From Alphaproteobacteria bacterium (GTDB taxonomy: Bacteria > Pseudomonadota > Alphaproteobacteria > Caulobacterales > Caulobacteraceae), in contig JAGWSE010000176.1 of assembly GCA_028869395.1 (NCBI GenBank), forward strand, positions 1-38,110: a DNA stretch of 38,110 nt, given 5' to 3'. A program made the translations under genes and the position numbers. Positions 1 through 10,214 of this stretch are shown here, piece by piece (position 1 is the stretch's first letter; every line of letters begins with the position of its first letter). The notes beneath the pieces were generated by a model. That model worked only from the letters and a program-made list of their open reading frames with translations, made no database searches and was not told where the DNA came from.

Positions 1-411
1 CCACTCGAACATCGCCTTGGCCGTGGCGACGATGGCGGATTCGGTCGGCGGAAGCTTCAGCGCGATCAGGCGCAGGTCCTCGAAGGCGCCCATTCCCTGC
101 AAGGGGCCATCGGCGGGGTTCGATTCGCCCTCCAGGTCGACGGCGAAGACCGCGGTCTCCTTCCACAGGCCCAGGAAAAGAAGCTGCTCCGTCCCCTCCG
201 ACAGTTCCTTCGCCATCTTCGTGGGGACATAGGCGATCTGCACGCCACCCTGCTTGCCGGACTCCACGAAAGGGCGGCCATTCCACATCGGGATGGCGAG
301 GCCGTCCGGCGAGGCGAGCTGACGGGCGATCCACTCGGCGTCGGAGCGGCGGTCGCTTGCGCGATCGAGCGGATTGCCGGCGAAGGTGTTCAGGAAGACG
401 TCGAGCGACAT
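1..411 (-). CDS. nudC: NAD(+)/NADH diphosphatase NudC, N-terminal part (runs off the window edge)
   Basis: Not in the ORF track. Manual translation from ATG at 411: MSLDVFLNTFAGNPLDRASDRRSDAEWI...FEDLRLIALKLPPTESAIVATAKAMFEW, the typical alphaproteobacterial NudC N-terminus, ending just before the Zn-ribbon/Nudix part. Confidence 0.8.
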   Translation of the reverse strand, partial: MSLDVFLNTFAGNPLDRASDRRSDAEWIARQLASPDGLAIPMWNGRPFVESGKQGGVQIAYVPTKMAKELSEGTEQLLFLGLWKETAVFAVDLEGESNPADGPLQGMGAFEDLRLIALKLPPTESAIVATAKAMFEW

Positions 412-496
412 GGGCCGGCTTTGTAGGGCGCCGCCCCGTTTTCCCCAACCGTCATCGCCCGCCGCTCGGTCGAGGATTGCTGCGACTTCGCGCGGG

Positions 497-526
497 TTGC
501 GGAAGCTGCGGCCAGCGGCGATATAG
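497..526 (+). promoter_or_regulatory. Putative sigma70 promoter of ffs
   Basis: TTGCGG (497-502) and GCGATATAG (518-526) immediately upstream of the SRP RNA; consensus match is loose. Confidence 0.4.
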
Positions 527-629
527 GGGGCGGAGATCGGCTGCGGGCGGACGCCTCGCCAACCCGGTCAGGTCCGGAAGGAAGCAGCCGTAACGAGTTA
601 CGCTCCGGGTCGTTGTCCGGTCTCCACCC
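527..629 (+). ncRNA. ffs: Signal recognition particle 4.5S RNA
   Basis: Domain IV signature TCAGGTCCGGAAGGAAGCAGC (568-588); terminal complementarity GGAGATCGG...CCGGTCTCC; classic position upstream of dnaX. Ends approximate. Confidence 0.95.
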
Positions 630-650
630 TCCCTTCTCATAAAGGGCCCG

Positions 651-2474
651 ATGGCGGACGAAGACTTCACGCTCGACGAGGAAGATCCGCCAGAGCGTGA
701 TCCGAACGCGCGCGACATGTTCGGTGGCGAAGCGCCCACGTCCATGCCCGCCGAGGAAAGCGCCGCCTATACCGTCATCGCCCGGAAGTACCGGCCCCGG
801 ACCTTCGAGGACCTCTACGGGCAGGAGGCGATGGTGCGGACGCTCCGCAACGCCTTCGCCACCGGCCGCATCGCCCACGCCTTCATGCTCACCGGCGTCC
901 GCGGGGTCGGAAAGACCACGACCGCCCGCCTGCTGGCCCGCGCGCTGAACTACGCGACCGACCAGGTCGACGCGCCCACCCTCGACTTCAAGGCGGAGGG
1001 TCGCCACTGCCGGGCGATCATCGAGGGCCGGCACATGGACGTGCTCGAGCTCGACGCCGCCTCGCGCACGGGCGTGGCGGATATGCGCGAACTGCTGGAG
1101 GGCGTCCGCTACGCGCCCGTCGAGGCGCGCTACAAGGTCTACATCATCGACGAGGTGCACATGCTGTCGACGGGGGCGTTCAACGCGCTCCTGAAGACGC
1201 TGGAAGAGCCGCCGCCGCACGCCAAGTTCATCTTCGCCACCACCGAGATCCGCAAGGTCCCGGTGACGATCCTGTCTCGCACCCAGCGCTTTGACCTGCG
1301 CCGTGTGGAGCCGGACGTGATCGTCAGGAACCTGGAGATGATCTGCGAGAACGAGGGCGCCCGCGTCGAAGCCGACGGCCTGATGCTGATCGCCCGCGCC
1401 GCGGAAGGCTCGGTGCGCGACGCCCAGTCGATGCTCGACCAGGCCATCGTCCAGGCCGAGGCCGGCCAGACGGTCACCGCCGAGAGCATCCGCGACATGC
1501 TGGGCCTCGCCGACCGGGCGCAGACCATCGGGCTCTTCGAGCAGCTCATGCGCGGCGAGGCGGGGCCCGCGATCGAGACCTTCCGCACCCTCTATGGTTA
1601 CGGCGCCAACCCCGACCAGGTGATGCTCGACCTGTTGGACCACACCCACGGAGCCTCGGTCGCCAAGGCGATCGGCCCCCAGGCGCTGACCCTGCCCAAG
1701 GACCAGGCCGCGCGCCTGGCCGCGATCGGCGCCGCGGTGTCCGCCGGGACGCTGTCGCGGATCTGGCAGCTGACGCTTCGCGCCTACGACGAGGTGCGGC
1801 GCGCGCCCGACGCCGCCGCGGCGGTGGACATGGCTCTGGTGCGCATGGCCTACGCCGCCGATCTTCCTGGCCCGGAAGAGGCGCTCAAGCGCCTGCAGGA
1901 GGGCCAGCCCCTGGGGACGGCCGGTGGCGGTCCCGCCGGCGGTCCCTCGGGCGGCGGCGCGGCGGCTTCCGGCGCCGGTGCGGCGGCGATCGCGCGCGCC
2001 AGCCAGCCCCAGGTGCGGGTCCAGCCGGCGCCGGACCGGGCAGTCAGCCTGCAGACCTTCGAGGACATGCTGGCGTTGATCGAGTCGCGCCGCGACATCG
2101 CCCTCAAGCTCGACGTCGAGCGCTACGTGCGGCCGATCAGCTTCCGCCCGGGAGCCATCGAGTACGAACCGGCGCCCGGCGCGCCCGCGAACCTTGCCCA
2201 GCGCCTGGTCGGCCGGCTGAAGGACTGGACCGGCGAACGCTGGCTGATCGTCGCCCAGGGCGGAGGCGGCGCCGAAAGCGCCTGGGAGCGCCAGAAGCGG
2301 CAGGAGCGCGAGGCCCGCGCCGAGATCGAGGCCGATCCCTTCGTGCGCCAGGTGATGCAGGCTTTCCCCGGCGCCGAGATCGTGGGAATCCGCAACCTCG
2401 CCGCGCCGGAGCCGGAGGCCGCCCCGCCCCCGGACGACGACAGCGACGACGACACTCCATCAGCCGAGGACTGA
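651..2474 (+). CDS. dnaX: DNA polymerase III subunit gamma/tau
   Basis: ARKYRP, Walker A GVRGVGKTT, DAAS, Walker B IIDEVHML, NALLKTLEEPP; Gly/Ala/Pro linker and C-terminal domain; followed by ybaB-recR. Confidence 0.97.
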   Translation: MADEDFTLDEEDPPERDPNARDMFGGEAPTSMPAEESAAYTVIARKYRPRTFEDLYGQEAMVRTLRNAFATGRIAHAFMLTGVRGVGKTTTARLLARALNYATDQVDAPTLDFKAEGRHCRAIIEGRHMDVLELDAASRTGVADMRELLEGVRYAPVEARYKVYIIDEVHMLSTGAFNALLKTLEEPPPHAKFIFATTEIRKVPVTILSRTQRFDLRRVEPDVIVRNLEMICENEGARVEADGLMLIARAAEGSVRDAQSMLDQAIVQAEAGQTVTAESIRDMLGLADRAQTIGLFEQLMRGEAGPAIETFRTLYGYGANPDQVMLDLLDHTHGASVAKAIGPQALTLPKDQAARLAAIGAAVSAGTLSRIWQLTLRAYDEVRRAPDAAAAVDMALVRMAYAADLPGPEEALKRLQEGQPLGTAGGGPAGGPSGGGAAASGAGAAAIARASQPQVRVQPAPDRAVSLQTFEDMLALIESRRDIALKLDVERYVRPISFRPGAIEYEPAPGAPANLAQRLVGRLKDWTGERWLIVAQGGGGAESAWERQKRQEREARAEIEADPFVRQVMQAFPGAEIVGIRNLAAPEPEAAPPPDDDSDDDTPSAED

Positions 2475-2475
2475 C

Positions 2476-2802
2476 GTGAAGGACCTCAACGCGATCATGA
2501 AGCAGGCCCAGGCCATGCAGCAGAAGCTGGCCGAGGCGCAGGCGCAACTGGCCGAGCTCGAGGTCGAGGGGACCTCCGGCGGCGGCATGGTGAAGCTCGT
2601 CCTGAAGGGCTCCGGCGAGCTGGCCCGCGTCGATATCGACGAGAGCCTGATGGCGCCTGGTGAGGGCGAGGTCGTCGCCGACCTGATCGTCGCCGCCCAT
2701 GCCGACGCCAAGCGCAAGCTCGACGCCCAGCAGGCCGAGCTGATGCGCCAGGCGGCCGGGCCGCTGGCGGGGATGAACCTGCCGGGCATGCCGAAGTTCT
2801 GA
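2476..2802 (+). CDS. ybaB: YbaB/EbfC nucleoid-associated protein
   Basis: [10 protein letters not shown]...[10 protein letters not shown]...DLIVAAH; lies between dnaX and recR; GTG start. Confidence 0.95.
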   Translation: MKDLNAIMKQAQAMQQKLAEAQAQLAELEVEGTSGGGMVKLVLKGSGELARVDIDESLMAPGEGEVVADLIVAAHADAKRKLDAQQAELMRQAAGPLAGMNLPGMPKF

Positions 2803-2803
2803 C

Positions 2804-3406
2804 TTGGCCGCCTCCGCCGGACCCGAGATCGAGCGCCTGATCGGCCTTCTGGCCAAGCTGCCCGGCTTGGGTCCCCGCTCCGCGCGGCGGGCGGCGCTCG
2901 CATTGCTGAAACGCCGCGACCAGTTGCTGAATCCGCTCTCGGACGCGCTGGCCGAAGCCGCGGCGCGGGTGAAGACGTGCTCTGTCTGCGGCTCCCTGGA
3001 TACCCAGGACCCGTGCGCCATCTGCGCCGACGCCCAGCGCGACGCCTCGCTCATCTGCGTGGTGGAGGAGGTGGGCGCGCTCTGGGCCATGGAGCGGGCC
3101 GGGGCGTTTCGCGGCCGTTATCACGTGCTGGGCGGGCTGCTCTCCGCCCTGGACGGCGTCGGACCGGATGCGCTGCGCGTGGGTCCTCTGGTGGGGCGCG
3201 CGGCCGATGCCGGCGTCCGCGAGGTGATCCTCGCGCTGCCGGCCACAGTCGACGGCCAGACCACGGCGCACTATCTCGCCGATCGCCTCGCGCCGACCGA
3301 GGTGGCCGTCACCATGCTGGCCCGCGGCGTACCCGTCGGCGGCGAGCTCGACTGGCTCGACGACGGCACCATCGCCCAGGCGCTTCGCGCCCGGCGGCCA
3401 GCCTGA
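2804..3406 (+). CDS. recR: Recombination mediator RecR
   Basis: Hh[13 protein letters not shown]4 zinc finger CSVC...CAIC, Toprim [23 protein letters not shown]. Confidence 0.97.
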   Translation: MAASAGPEIERLIGLLAKLPGLGPRSARRAALALLKRRDQLLNPLSDALAEAAARVKTCSVCGSLDTQDPCAICADAQRDASLICVVEEVGALWAMERAGAFRGRYHVLGGLLSALDGVGPDALRVGPLVGRAADAGVREVILALPATVDGQTTAHYLADRLAPTEVAVTMLARGVPVGGELDWLDDGTIAQALRARRPA

Positions 3407-3450
3407 GCGCCGCACTGGCTGCGACTCAGCGGTTGCGGTAAGAACGCAGC

Positions 3451-4668
3451 ATGAACGCCCTCCTGTTTGTCGCCGTCATCGCCTTCGCCGCGGCAGGAAC
3501 CGCCGTCGCCTGGGCGTTGAAGGAGCGGGTGCGGGCGGCGACGGCGGAAGCCAAGATTGCGCTCCTGGAGGCGCAGGCCAGCCTCGTCCAGGCCCAGGCG
3601 GCGCGTTCGGCCGAGAGCGTCGCCGAGGCGATCCTGAAGAAGAACGAGGAAGCGCAGGCCAGCCGCGAGCAGCTCGTGCAGGCCAAGCTGGAGGCGCAGC
3701 TCAAGCCGGTCGCCGAGACCCTGCAGAAGTACCAGGAGCAGCTCGCCGCCGTGGAGAAGTCCCGCGCCGAGGAGACCGGCGGGCTCAAGCAGCAGATCGC
3801 CCAGCTCCTGCAGGCCTCGACCGCCACCCAGGAGGAGGCGCGCAAACTCTCGGCCGCCTTGCGCCGAGGCGCGGGCGTGCAGGGCCGCTGGGGCGAGCAG
3901 ACGCTGCGCAACGTCCTGGAGGCTGCGGGCCTTTCGCACCGCTACGATTTCGAGGAGCAGACCTCCACCGACACCGAGGAGGGCCGCAGGCGCCCGGACG
4001 TGACCGTGCGCCTGCCGGGCGGCGCCGTCTTCGTCATCGACGCCAAGTGTTCACTGAACGCCTTTTTGGAGCTGCAGGAGGCCGCCGACGAGGGGGCCAA
4101 AGCCGCCGCGCTCGCCCGCCACGTCCAGAGCGTCAGGTCCCACGTCCAGGGGCTCTCGGCCAAGGCCTACTGGGACCAGTTCGACGCCTCGCCGGACTTC
4201 GTGGCCATGTTCATCCCGGGCGATTCGATTCTCGCCGCCGCCCTCGACCACGCGCCGGACCTGATGACCGAGGCCATGGACCGCCGCGTGGTCATCGTCA
4301 CGCCGTCGACCCTGTTCGCGCTCTGCAAGGCGGTGGCCTACGGCTGGCGCGTGGAGGAGCAGGCCGCCAACGCGCAGAAGATCGCCGACCTCGGCCGCGA
4401 GCTCTACAAGCGCATCGCGGTGATGGGCCAGCACGCAGGCTCGGTCGGCAAGGCGCTGGAGGCCGCCGTTGCGCGCTATAACCAGTTCGTGGGCTCGCTC
4501 GAGACCCAGGTGCTCACCCAGGCGCGGCGGTTCGAGGACCTGAAGGTCGATCACGAAGGCCGAGACGTGACCGAGCTGTCGCCGCTGGAGAGCGCCGTGC
4601 GCCCGCTCACCAAGCTGGCGAAGGGCGAGGCCCAGGCCGTGCGACTCGTCGCCTCGGACGAAGGCTGA
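3451..4668 (+). CDS. rmuC: DNA recombination protein RmuC
   Basis: N-terminal membrane anchor, coiled coil, GRWGE, RPD, IDAK, DFVAMFIPGD, TPSTL motifs. Confidence 0.92.
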   Translation: MNALLFVAVIAFAAAGTAVAWALKERVRAATAEAKIALLEAQASLVQAQAARSAESVAEAILKKNEEAQASREQLVQAKLEAQLKPVAETLQKYQEQLAAVEKSRAEETGGLKQQIAQLLQASTATQEEARKLSAALRRGAGVQGRWGEQTLRNVLEAAGLSHRYDFEEQTSTDTEEGRRRPDVTVRLPGGAVFVIDAKCSLNAFLELQEAADEGAKAAALARHVQSVRSHVQGLSAKAYWDQFDASPDFVAMFIPGDSILAAALDHAPDLMTEAMDRRVVIVTPSTLFALCKAVAYGWRVEEQAANAQKIADLGRELYKRIAVMGQHAGSVGKALEAAVARYNQFVGSLETQVLTQARRFEDLKVDHEGRDVTELSPLESAVRPLTKLAKGEAQAVRLVASDEG

Positions 4669-4685
4669 GGCGGCGATCTCCCACC

Positions 4686-4714
4686 TTGACGCTCGGGTTT
4701 GACCCTCCTACCTC
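4686..4714 (+). promoter_or_regulatory. Putative def promoter (likely leaderless mRNA)
   Basis: TTGACG (4686-4691), 17-nt spacer, TACCTC (4709-4714); ATG at 4721 with no SD. Confidence 0.5.
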
Positions 4715-4720
4715 GCAGCC

Positions 4721-5230
4721 ATGGCGATCCGCGAAATCCTCGTCGTCCCCAATCCTGCGCTGAAGCAGGTGTCCGCGCCGGTCGAGCAGGTCGACGACGC
4801 GTTGCGCGCGCTGATGGACGACATGCTGGAGACCATGTACGCGGCGCCCGGCATCGGGCTGGCCGCGATCCAGATCGGCGTTCCCAAGCGGGTCATCGTC
4901 ATGGACCTCGCCCGCGAGGGCGAGGACCAGCAGCCGCGCTATTTCGTGAACCCGGAGATCCTCTGGGCCTCCGACGAGACCGCCCCGTATGAGGAGGGCT
5001 GCCTCTCCGTCCCCGACATCTACGACGAGGTCGAGCGCCCGGCCCGGGTGCGCCTGCGCTACATGAACTACGCCGGCGAGCCGATCGAGGAGGACGCCGA
5101 GGGCATCTTCGCCGTCTGCATCCAGCACGAGATGGACCACCTCGACGGCGTGCTCTTCATCGACCACCTGTCGCGCCTGAAGCGCGAACAGGCGATCAAG
5201 AAGGTGAAGAAGCAGGCCAAAGCGGCCTGA
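4721..5230 (+). CDS. def: Peptide deformylase
   Basis: Three PDF motifs [22 protein letters not shown]. Confidence 0.98.
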   Translation: MAIREILVVPNPALKQVSAPVEQVDDALRALMDDMLETMYAAPGIGLAAIQIGVPKRVIVMDLAREGEDQQPRYFVNPEILWASDETAPYEEGCLSVPDIYDEVERPARVRLRYMNYAGEPIEEDAEGIFAVCIQHEMDHLDGVLFIDHLSRLKREQAIKKVKKQAKAA

Positions 5231-5239
5231 CCTTCGGGC

Positions 5240-5599
5240 CTACTGCCCGTTCTTGGCCGCGTCGGAGGTGTCGCTTCCGTCCTTGTGCTTCTTGGACGCG
5301 TCCTTCACCGAGGTCCCGAGCTCCTTCAGGGACGCCTTGAGGTCGCCGGCCGCCTTCTTGACCTCAGGGTCCTTGGCGATGGCCTTCAGGTCGTGGCCGC
5401 TCTTCTCGGCGCTGGTCTTGATGTCCTGGCCGAGCTTGGTGGCGTCCGCCTTCACTTCGTTGCCGGCCTGCTGACTGCTCGTCTTGACGTCCTGCGCGGT
5501 GGCGTTGGCGTCGGCCTGTGTGGTCTGCTGGTCGGTCTTGCTGCAGCCGGCGACGGCGAGCGCGAGGCCGATCGCGCCGGCCATGATCAGGGTCCGCAT
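5240..5599 (-). CDS. Small hypothetical lipoprotein, Lys/Ala/Asp/Gln-rich and LEA-like
   Basis: GGAGG SD ahead of ATG 5599; signal peptide [19 protein letters not shown] with lipobox; hydrophilic helical body with no aromatic residues. Confidence 0.75.
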   Translation of the reverse strand: MRTLIMAGAIGLALAVAGCSKTDQQTTQADANATAQDVKTSSQQAGNEVKADATKLGQDIKTSAEKSGHDLKAIAKDPEVKKAAGDLKASLKELGTSVKDASKKHKDGSDTSDAAKNGQ

Positions 5600-5685
5600 G
5601 GACATGCCTCCGAAACGTCGGGAACAAACCGCCAAGCTTTAGCGCAGGTTCCGGACGTTTTGCGCTACCAGCCTGCGCCCGCTAC

Positions 5686-6621
5686 ATGGCGCCGATGCGG
5701 ATTGCCTTCCTGGGTACCCCCGATTTCGCCGTCGCTTCGCTGAAGCGCCTCGTGGAGGCGGGCTTCGAGATCGCCTGCGTCTATTCGCAACCGCCGGCGC
5801 CGCGCGGCCGCGGCCACGAGCTGAGGCCCTCACCCGTGCACGGCTTCGCCGCCGGGCAGGGCCTCAAGGTCCGCACGCCGCTGTCCATGCGCGATCCGGC
5901 CGAGATCGAGGCGTTCCGTTCGCTTAACCTGGACGCCGCGGTGGTCGTCGCCTTCGGACAGATCCTGCCCAAGGCCATCCTGGAGGCGCCGCGACTCGGC
6001 AGCTTCAACCTGCACGGCTCGCTGCTTCCCAGGTGGCGCGGCGCCGCCCCCATCCAGCGGGCGATCATGGCGGGCGACCCGGTCACCGGCGTCGAGGTGA
6101 TGCGCATGACGGAAGGCCTTGACGAGGGCCCGATCCTCGCCTCGGAGAGCCTCCGCATCGGACCGCTCGACACGGCGGGCGACCTGCACGACCGCATGGC
6201 GGAGGCCGGCGCGGAGCTCCTGGCGCGAACCCTGCCGCTGATCGCGCGGGGCGAGGCGCGCGAGACGCCGCAGGCCGAGGACGGCGTGACCTACGCCAAG
6301 AAGATCCGGCCCCGGGAGGCGAGGATCGACTGGGCCAGGCCCGGCCGCGAGGTCGATCGCAGGATCCGTGGACTGTCGCCCCATCCCGGCGCCTGGTTCG
6401 AGCTTGCGACCGAGAAGGGCCCGGTGCGCGTGAAGGCGCTGCTGTCCAGCTTTGAAGACGCCGGCGGCGCACCCGGCGAGGTGCTGGACGACCGCCTTCT
6501 CGTGGCCTGCGGCGAGGGCGCGGTTCGCCTGCTGCGCGTGCAGCGCGAAGGCCGCGGCGCGCAGGACGCCGAAGCCTTCCTGCGGGGCTCGCCCGTGGCG
6601 CCCGGCGCGAAGCTCCTCTGA
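5686..6621 (+). CDS. fmt: Methionyl-tRNA formyltransferase
   Basis: [41 protein letters not shown]; start could be 5695. Confidence 0.97.
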   Translation: MAPMRIAFLGTPDFAVASLKRLVEAGFEIACVYSQPPAPRGRGHELRPSPVHGFAAGQGLKVRTPLSMRDPAEIEAFRSLNLDAAVVVAFGQILPKAILEAPRLGSFNLHGSLLPRWRGAAPIQRAIMAGDPVTGVEVMRMTEGLDEGPILASESLRIGPLDTAGDLHDRMAEAGAELLARTLPLIARGEARETPQAEDGVTYAKKIRPREARIDWARPGREVDRRIRGLSPHPGAWFELATEKGPVRVKALLSSFEDAGGAPGEVLDDRLLVACGEGAVRLLRVQREGRGAQDAEAFLRGSPVAPGAKLL

Positions 6622-7382
6622 TGCCGCGCTACCGCCTCCTCATCGAATACGACGGCCGGCCCTATCACGGCTTCCAGGCGCAGGCGGGCCTGCCCTCGGT
6701 GCAAGGCGCCATCGAACGGGCGGTGAAGGCCTTCTGCGGCCAGACCCTGCGGCTGCAGGCGGCCGGGCGCACCGACACCGGCGTGCACGCGACGGGCCAG
6801 GTGATCCACGTGGACCTGGAGAAGGACTGGCGCCCCGAGGTCGTGCGCGACGCGCTCAACGCCCATCTCGTGCCGGAGCCGATCGTCGTCCTGGAGGCGC
6901 AGGTCGCGCCCGAGGGTTGGCACGCGCGCTTCTCGGCGACCAGGCGGCGCTATCTCTACCGTATCCTCAACCGCAGGAGCCCGCCCGCCCTCGAGCAGGG
7001 CCGCGTCTGGCACGTGAAGAAGCCGCTGGACGCCGAGGCCATGCACCGAGCCGCCCAGGTCCTGGTCGGCCACCACGACTTCACCACCTTCCGCGACCTC
7101 GGCTGCCAGGCGAAGTCGCCGATGAAGACGCTGGACGTCGCCGCCGTGCGTCGGGAGGGCGAGCATGTGTTCCTCGACTTCGCGTCGCGCTCGTTCCTGC
7201 ACCGGCAGGTCCGATCGATGACCGGCTCGCTGGCCGAGGTGGGCGTCGGCCGCTGGACCGCCGATGACCTCAAGGCGGCGCTCGAGGCCCGCGACCGCAA
7301 GGCCTGCGGCCCCGTCGCGCCGGCGGAGGGGCTGTATCTGACCGCGGTGGAGTACGAGCTCCTCCCCCGGGCGAACAACTAG
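6621..7382 (+). CDS. truA: tRNA pseudouridine(38-40) synthase
   Basis: [41 protein letters not shown]; TGATG coupling with fmt. Confidence 0.97.
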   Translation: MPRYRLLIEYDGRPYHGFQAQAGLPSVQGAIERAVKAFCGQTLRLQAAGRTDTGVHATGQVIHVDLEKDWRPEVVRDALNAHLVPEPIVVLEAQVAPEGWHARFSATRRRYLYRILNRRSPPALEQGRVWHVKKPLDAEAMHRAAQVLVGHHDFTTFRDLGCQAKSPMKTLDVAAVRREGEHVFLDFASRSFLHRQVRSMTGSLAEVGVGRWTADDLKAALEARDRKACGPVAPAEGLYLTAVEYELLPRANN

Positions 7383-8521
7383 GCGAACGCCTCGAAGTAC
7401 CGGGCGATGAGGGTCTCGTAGACCTGCTGCAGCATGCGGATCTCGCCGATCGGCGCGCGCTCGTCGACCTGGTGCATGGTCTTGCCGACCAGGCCCAGTT
7501 CCACGACGGGGCACAGGCTGCGGATGAAGCGGGCGTCCGACGTGCCGCCGGAGGTGGAGAGTTCGGGCGTGCGGCCGGTCACCTCGCGCACGGCGGCGGC
7601 CACGACTTCTGTGAATTTGCCGGGCTCGGTCCGGAAGGCCTCGCCGCTGATCTGGGGCGTGACGGTGACCGAGCCCTTGAAGCCTTGCGCGGCCTTGTCC
7701 GCCTCTGTCTCGATCCACTGCGCGAGCGAGGCGCCCGTGTGGTTCGGGTTGAAACGGATGTTGAGCCAGGCTCGGGCTGCGCCCGGTATGACGTTTGTGG
7801 CCGTGTTCGGCGCGTCGATCCTCGTGATCTCCAGGTTCGACGGCTGGAATTCGGGGTAGCCTTCGTCGAGCACGCGAGCCTCCAGCGCGGCGAGCAGCTT
7901 CACCAGCACGGGGACGGGGTTCGCCGCACGATGCGGATAGGCCACGTGGCCCTGAACGCCCTTCACCTCGATCTCGGCGTTGATGGACCCCCGCCGGCCG
8001 ACCTTCACCATGTCGCCGAACAGTTCCGAGGATGTGGGTTCGCCCACCACGCAGTGGTCGATCCGCTCGCCGCTCGCCTGCAGCGCCTCGACGACCTTCT
8101 TGGTCCCGTGGAGCGCCACGCCTTCCTCGTCGCCGGTGATCAGGAACGAGATGGAGCCCTTCACCTGGCCAGCCGCGATGGCGGTCGCGGCGGCGGCGGC
8201 GAAGGCGGCGATGGCGCTCTTCATATCCACCGCGCCGCGCCCGATCAGCACCCCGTCGACGACTTCGGCCGCGAACGCGTCGGTGCTCCAGGCGGCCACA
8301 TCACCCACCGGCACCACGTCGGTGTGGCCGGCAAAGCAGAGGTTCGGCCCCTCGGCCCCATAGCGGGCGTAGAGGTTCTCGATGTCGCCGAACTTCATGC
8401 GGCGGCAGGCGAAGCCGAGGTGGGCCAGCGTGCGCTCCACGATGCCTATGGCGCCGGCGTCGGCGGGCGTCACGGAAGGCCGCTGGATCAGCTCGCGGGT
8501 CAGGTTGATGGCGTCGATCAA
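7379..8521 (-). CDS. dapE: Succinyl-diaminopimelate desuccinylase
   Basis: [52 protein letters not shown]. Start is TTG 8521 or TTG 8542. Confidence 0.96.
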   Translation of the reverse strand: MIDAINLTRELIQRPSVTPADAGAIGIVERTLAHLGFACRRMKFGDIENLYARYGAEGPNLCFAGHTDVVPVGDVAAWSTDAFAAEVVDGVLIGRGAVDMKSAIAAFAAAAATAIAAGQVKGSISFLITGDEEGVALHGTKKVVEALQASGERIDHCVVGEPTSSELFGDMVKVGRRGSINAEIEVKGVQGHVAYPHRAANPVPVLVKLLAALEARVLDEGYPEFQPSNLEITRIDAPNTATNVIPGAARAWLNIRFNPNHTGASLAQWIETEADKAAQGFKGSVTVTPQISGEAFRTEPGKFTEVVAAAVREVTGRTPELSTSGGTSDARFIRSLCPVVELGLVGKTMHQVDERAPIGEIRMLQQVYETLIARYFEAFA

Positions 8522-8580
8522 GCTCGAACCTTCGCCTTGCAATGCCTAAGTCATTGGCTCCTTAGCCCAGGGAGGGGGTT

Positions 8581-9030
8581 TTGCCCAAGATCGACTTCGC
8601 CGCCGCGGCCTTGCGCACCGGGACCAGCTATCCGCCGCCGTTCGACGAGCCCTGCCTTCAGCGTGAGCGCCGGCAGCTGGGCGACGCGGGCGGGCTGACC
8701 CAGTTCGGCGTCAATCTTCTGCGCCTGCCGCCCGGCCAGTGGTCGAGTCAGCGGCACTGGCACAGCCACGAGGACGAGTTCCTCTGGGTTCTGGAGGGCG
8801 AAGTCGTTCTCGTCACCGATGCGGGCCAGGAGGTCCTTCGGCCCGGAGACTGCGCGGCGTTCAAGGCCGGCGTGGCCGACGGCCATCACCTGCAGAACCG
8901 CTCGGACCGCGACGCCGTCGTCCTGGAGGTCGGGACCCGTGATGGGGATCGGGACGTCTGCGACTATCCCGACATCGACATGCTGGCCGACGCCGAGGGC
9001 TTTCGGCGCCGCGACGGCACGCGCTACTGA
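8581..9030 (+). CDS. Cupin domain protein
   Basis: GLTQFGVNL, SSQRHWHSHEDEF, GHHLQN, YPDIDM; GGAGG upstream of TTG start. Confidence 0.9.
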   Translation: MPKIDFAAAALRTGTSYPPPFDEPCLQRERRQLGDAGGLTQFGVNLLRLPPGQWSSQRHWHSHEDEFLWVLEGEVVLVTDAGQEVLRPGDCAAFKAGVADGHHLQNRSDRDAVVLEVGTRDGDRDVCDYPDIDMLADAEGFRRRDGTRY

Positions 9031-9038
9031 CGGCGAGC

Positions 9039-9379
9039 GGCCGAGGCCTCGGCGTCGTCACCCGCTGCGGCGGCGGCCCGAACGACGCCAACCGCCCGCG
9101 TCGCCGCAGGCCGGGCGCGTCTGGTGGCCTTCCCGGGGACCATCAGCCTGGAGCCCGAACAGACCGGCGCGACGGATTTCGCCCAGACCGCCGAGATCAT
9201 CGCGGGCCTCGAACGGGTGGTGACCGTCGACACGGCCGTCGCCCATCTGGCCGCCGTGGCGGTGGATGATGGGGCGGCGCGATTCCCCCTGGCGCCCGTC
9301 AGCGCGGCTCTACCGTCAGTCCCGGCCGGGCGACTGGGACGAGCCGATCGACCGGCTCCTCGCCGATCTCGCCGCCTGA
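9039..9379 (+). pseudogene. Eroded C-terminal remnant of a TPR/glycosyltransferase family 9-like protein
   Basis: Three frames give consecutive family motifs: [18 protein letters not shown] (from 9039), [28 protein letters not shown] (about 9172-9255), [40 protein letters not shown] (9257-9379). No start codon or N-terminal part. Confidence 0.8.
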
Positions 9380-9385
9380 GGCCGC

Positions 9386-10213
9386 TTAGTCGCGCAGCAG
9401 CTCGTTGATCGAGGTCTTCGACCGCGTCCGCTCGTCGACGGTCTTCATGATCACCGCGCAGTAGGTGGAGGGCAGCGTCGGATCGTGCGGATTGGGCCGG
9501 GAGCCCGACACCACGACGGAGTAGGGCGGCACTTCGCCGAGATGGGTCTGGCCGGTCTTGCGGTCGATGATCGGCGTCGTGGCCGTGATGTAGACGCCCA
9601 TGGAGAGCACGCTGCCCTCGCGCACGATCACCCCCTCGGCGACCTCCGAGCGGGCGCCGATGAAGCAGTTGTCCTCGATGATGGTCGGGTTGGCCTGCAG
9701 CGGTTCGAGCACCCCGCCGATCCCGGCGCCGCCGGAGATGTGGCAATGCTTGCCGATCTGCGCGCAGGAGCCGACCGTCGCCCATCCGTCGACCATGGTC
9801 CCCTCGTCGACGTAGGCGCCGATGTTGACGATCGAGGGCAGCAGCACCACGCCCTTGCCCACGAAGGCGCCCTTGCGGACGAAGGAGCCCGGCAAAGATC
9901 GGAATCCCGCGGCCTGGAAGCGGGCGGCGTCCCATCCGGTGGTCTTCAGCGGGACCTTGTCCCACCACGGCCCCGGCGCGTCGGCCTCGATGATCTGGTT
10001 GGGCGTGAGGCGGAAGTAGAGAAGGATCGCCTGCTTGGCCCACTGATGGACGGTCCACCGGCCGTCGGCGCCCCGCTCGGCGACGCGCGCGGTCCCGGCG
10101 TCCAGCCGTTCGAGGGTCTCGAGCACCGCGTCCCGGACCTCGCCCCTGGTGTCGGTGGAGATCGCGTCCCGCGTCTCCCAGGCGGCTTCGATGATGCGCT
10201 TCAGGTCGTCCAT
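9386..10213 (-). CDS. dapD: Tetrahydrodipicolinate N-succinyltransferase
   Basis: [50 protein letters not shown]. Confidence 0.98.
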   Translation of the reverse strand: MDDLKRIIEAAWETRDAISTDTRGEVRDAVLETLERLDAGTARVAERGADGRWTVHQWAKQAILLYFRLTPNQIIEADAPGPWWDKVPLKTTGWDAARFQAAGFRSLPGSFVRKGAFVGKGVVLLPSIVNIGAYVDEGTMVDGWATVGSCAQIGKHCHISGGAGIGGVLEPLQANPTIIEDNCFIGARSEVAEGVIVREGSVLSMGVYITATTPIIDRKTGQTHLGEVPPYSVVVSGSRPNPHDPTLPSTYCAVIMKTVDERTRSKTSINELLRD

Positions 10214-10214
10214 G

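Noticed and set aside
651-2474. Programmed frameshift producing a DnaX gamma form
   Set aside because: No A AAA AAG slippery site or long A run seen; the Gly/Ala/Pro stretch is the ordinary linker.
8546-8563. AAGGAG-CCA-ATG ACT TAG in frame with dapE (mini-ORF or amber read-through)
   Set aside because: SD spacing of only 3 nt, and DapE homology starts near TTG 8521, which has its own weak SD; most likely coincidence within overlapping promoter DNA.
9124-9408. 94-aa ORF as a functional small protein
   Set aside because: It is the middle frame of the GT9-like pseudogene, drifts out of homology after about 9256 and overlaps the dapD 3' end.
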